Sequence record: PQ330092.1
Strand: one strand, 5' to 3'
Length of the DNA: 64,000 nt
Each line of letters opens with the position of its first letter. Within the stretch, counting starts at the first letter, position 1. The notes below the pieces were generated by a model, which did not search any database, was not told where the DNA came from, and saw only the letters and a program-made list of their open reading frames with translations. Shown in pieces: positions 58,120 to 64,000 of the stretch. Position numbers and translations under genes: made by a program.

Positions 58120-58296
58120 ATGACACATGAAGAATGGATAGAGTCACTAAAATATAAACATGATCATTTTGGATTTGGTATACGCCAAGGCCATTATGAT
58201 GTTTTGAACGATAAAAAAACGTTCGAATCATTGGTTTTGGACGAAGATTCCAACCACTGGTTCATCTACGAGCTTGCTATTAGAGATAAAAAATAG
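58120..58296 (+). CDS. MTHEEW micro-protein
   Basis: MTHEEWIESLKYKHDHFGFGIRQGHYDVL...WFIYELAIRDKK. Confidence 0.75.
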   Translation: MTHEEWIESLKYKHDHFGFGIRQGHYDVLNDKKTFESLVLDEDSNHWFIYELAIRDKK

Positions 58297-58301
58297 TAAG
58301 A

Positions 58302-58637
<336 letters not shown>

Positions 58638-58638
58638 A

Positions 58639-58821
58639 ATGACACACGAAGAATGGATGTCCAAACAGCATAAAGAACATGACTGCTTTGGGAATGGCAT
58701 TCGTCAGGTACATTATGATATATTAAGAGATGAAAATCTTTTCAGGTCATATGTTTTGGATACCAGAAAACCCTGGTTTATATGCGAACTGGCATTTAGA
58801 AAGTCAAATAATCAAAACTAA
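58639..58821 (+). CDS. MTHEEW micro-protein
   Basis: MTHEEWMSKQHKEHDCFGNGIRQVHYDILRD...WFICELAFRK. Confidence 0.75.
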   Translation: MTHEEWMSKQHKEHDCFGNGIRQVHYDILRDENLFRSYVLDTRKPWFICELAFRKSNNQN

Positions 58822-58837
58822 ACAAGGAATACAAAAA

Positions 58838-59056
58838 ATGGAAACAACTTTATTTGAAGTTATTCAATCATTAAAACCTGAAGATGAGGTTCAAGTACTA
58901 CTACATGGTTATCGTGTAAAAGGTACTGTGGTTTTAGTCAATGATACAACATTGGTTATTACAGAAACAAACCCATATGATAGTAATCAACTTGCCAATA
59001 TCCATATCGATATCACTGGAATTATTGGTGTCGGTGTATCTAAAGCACTTGCATAA
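58838..59056 (+). CDS. Small Sm/SH3-like beta-barrel protein (72 aa)
   Basis: SD AAGGA; EVQVLLHGYRVKGTVVLVNDTTLVI...IHIDITGIIGVGV. Confidence 0.55.
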   Translation: METTLFEVIQSLKPEDEVQVLLHGYRVKGTVVLVNDTTLVITETNPYDSNQLANIHIDITGIIGVGVSKALA

Positions 59057-59089
59057 ATCATTAATTCATTATATAATGGGACATAACAT

Positions 59090-59205
<116 letters not shown>

Positions 59206-59209
59206 AATA

Positions 59210-59286
59210 CGGGGTATAGCACAATTGGATAGTGCAAGAGAATTCTAATCTCTAGGTTGGGGGTTCAAGTCCCTCTACCTCGGCCA
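59210..59286 (+). tRNA. tRNA-Arg(TCT)
   Basis: CGGGGTA/TACCTCG acceptor, AGAGA-ATTCTAA-TCTCT anticodon arm, CCA. Confidence 0.9.
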
Positions 59287-59309
59287 ATTTTAATTAAAGG
59301 TTAAAAACC

Positions 59310-59470
59310 ATGACGCATGAAGAATGGATGAATGACATTAATTTTAGATATTCGGGTATCGGTAGATGGCTAAAGTATCATTGGGAATTCATTTCAGAGC
59401 CACATCTGTATGATAAACTTATCAACGATCCAGCATATGAAATGTACTTAATTGAACTACTGGTACGATT

Positions 59471-59474
<4 letters not shown>
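59310..59474 (+). CDS. MTHEEW micro-protein (54 aa)
   Basis: MTHEEWMNDINFRYSGIGRW...YLIELLVRL. Confidence 0.7.
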
Positions 59475-59636
<162 letters not shown>

Positions 59637-59645
59637 AAAAAAAAG

Positions 59646-60055
<410 letters not shown>

Positions 60056-60059
<4 letters not shown>

Positions 60060-60085
60060 CTAAATAATTCAGTACTGAGGATATT
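60056..60085 (+). promoter_or_regulatory. AGTACT-class promoter with degenerate -10
   Basis: TTGACT-aaataattcAGTACTga-GGATAT. Confidence 0.5.
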
Positions 60086-60120
60086 AATATGTTTAAAGAT
60101 GAACGTCCAGATTTGTAAAA

Positions 60121-60154
60121 AGTACTTGACTAAATAGTTTAGTACTGATATAAT
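60121..60154 (+). promoter_or_regulatory. AGTACT-class promoter with two sites 20 bp apart
   Basis: AGTACTTGACT-aaatagtttAGTACTga-TATAAT. Confidence 0.85.
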
Positions 60155-60160
60155 GAATTC

Positions 60161-60493
60161 CACAATCAGACGTATATGGTGTAAGTTACGTCGATGCAAT
60201 CCAGAACAAGATCTCTGGTACTCTAGGAAGTGGTGAATGTTAACCTAGACGGGTTTGATAATTGGACGATAGGCAATTATTACTTGACTAGCAGGTTTAA
60301 ACTAGAGGTGATAGTCCTTCACCAAACTGGAAAACCGGATGGACTTTTATTTAAAAGGGTAAGGCGTGGAAATATGTTTACAGAAGTTGCTTTTAGTAGC
60401 CTGTACGCCCCACGTCAAGGTAGCCGAAAGGCAAGTTAAAACGGGTGGTTATAAAGCTGAATTAACAGCGGCGTTTAAAAGCGTCACCATCCA
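60161..60493 (+). ncRNA. Putative structured ncRNA (about 330 nt)
   Basis: Own promoter, relatively GC-rich, multiple hairpins (GACGT/ACGTC, CCAGA/TCTGG, GGTGA/TCACC, GCC-GAAA-GGC, GCTG/CAGC), closing GGATGG/CCATCC, T run after. Confidence 0.6.
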
Positions 60494-60518
60494 TTTTTTT
60501 TTAATTAAAGTTGGTGAT

Positions 60519-60893
<375 letters not shown>

Positions 60894-60908
<15 letters not shown>

Positions 60909-60927
60909 TTTTCAGTACTGATATAAT
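60894..60927 (+). promoter_or_regulatory. AGTACT-class promoter with two sites 20 bp apart
   Basis: AGTACTGGACA-atagttttcAGTACTga-TATAAT, upstream of tRNA-Ser(GCT). Confidence 0.8.
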
Positions 60928-60933
60928 TAATTT

Positions 60934-61170
<237 letters not shown>

Positions 61171-61184
61171 CTTTTTAATTTAAA

Positions 61185-61217
61185 AGTACTTTACTGTAGT
61201 GTTTAGTACCGTATAAT
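61185..61217 (+). promoter_or_regulatory. AGTACT-class promoter for the HNH gene
   Basis: AGTACTTTACT-gtagtgtttAGTACCg-TATAAT. Confidence 0.6.
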
Positions 61218-61243
61218 GTAAACAAAAGGATAAAATAAAACTC

Positions 61244-61768
<525 letters not shown>

Positions 61769-61790
61769 TTAAAAAATCAGTACTTTATTA

Positions 61791-62175
<385 letters not shown>

Positions 62176-62188
62176 TTCACATGATATA

Positions 62189-62864
<676 letters not shown>

Positions 62865-62873
62865 CGGGTATTA

Positions 62874-63422
<549 letters not shown>

Positions 63423-63424
63423 TA

Positions 63425-63481
<57 letters not shown>

Positions 63482-63494
63482 AGTAAGAGTAAAA

Positions 63495-63667
<173 letters not shown>

Positions 63668-63679
63668 TATCTTACTTCT

Positions 63680-63758
<79 letters not shown>

Positions 63759-63775
63759 CAAAATAAAGGTACACT

Positions 63776-64000
63776 ATGAAATACAACATTGTTAAAATGG
63801 TGAACTATGTATTAAAAAACAACGCATGGTCACTGCATGATGTACAAATAGAAGATATTGGTGAAGTTAGAGTATTTTGCTATGATCCAGATTTGAATCA
63901 AACCACAGATTTGAGTAAATGTTTTAATATTTTTCTTGGTTATGAATTCAATAATCATTTTTATTCATTTGATGTGTATTTTGAAAAAGTTATATTCAGA
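63776..64000 (+). CDS. Hypothetical protein (runs off window)
   Basis: AAGGT SD then ATG; open to the window end. Confidence 0.55.
   Translation, partial: MKYNIVKMVNYVLKNNAWSLHDVQIEDIGEVRVFCYDPDLNQTTDLSKCFNIFLGYEFNNHFYSFDVYFEKVIFR

Noticed and set aside
60270-60355. Group I intron-like GACTA/TAGTCC (P7-like) pairing, and an RNase P-like GAGG..AGTCC
   Set aside because: No flanking interrupted gene, and no convincing P3-P6 core or remaining RNase P conserved regions; kept only as an unclassified ncRNA.
60230-60518. Track ORFs 60230-60439 and the N-terminal extension of 60366
   Set aside because: They overlap the structured RNA candidate; the better start with an SD is at 60519.

Overview
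This window is 64 kb of an AT-rich (about one-third GC by eye), densely coding lytic jumbo-phage genome with T4-like core genes. By gene content it resembles the RaK2/GAP32/PBECO4-type myoviruses of enterobacteria; this is an inference, not a database result. Almost all genes are on the + strand. The first 40 kb holds replication, nucleotide-metabolism and virion genes: primase, helicase, NrdAB, DHFR, RNase H, Dda, two-subunit topoisomerase II, clamp loader, IF3, GroES, YggL-like, ClpS-like and TelA. From 40 to 64 kb is an accessory region of small early genes, a C5 DNA methyltransferase, an HNH endonuclease and 8 tRNAs. Main discovery: the only clear minus-strand operon encodes two T4-holin-T-like paralogues, and both are broken by a +1 frameshift at an in-frame CGG-A. 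The phage also carries an atypical tRNA-Gly(UCC) whose loop bases 34-37 (UCCG) are exactly complementary to CGGA. This suggests a tRNA-gated quadruplet-decoding switch for lysis genes. Other strong signals: (i) about 5-fold enrichment of the palindrome AGTACT, including at a fixed position in tRNA-region promoters; (ii) a 16-member paralogue family sharing a C-terminal EExxFQxS motif; (iii) a family of MTHEEW micro-proteins; (iv) an unannotated Hfq/Sm-like ORF; (v) several candidate structured ncRNAs and a tRNA-Ser with an ACU anticodon. All counts are manual and need computational confirmation.
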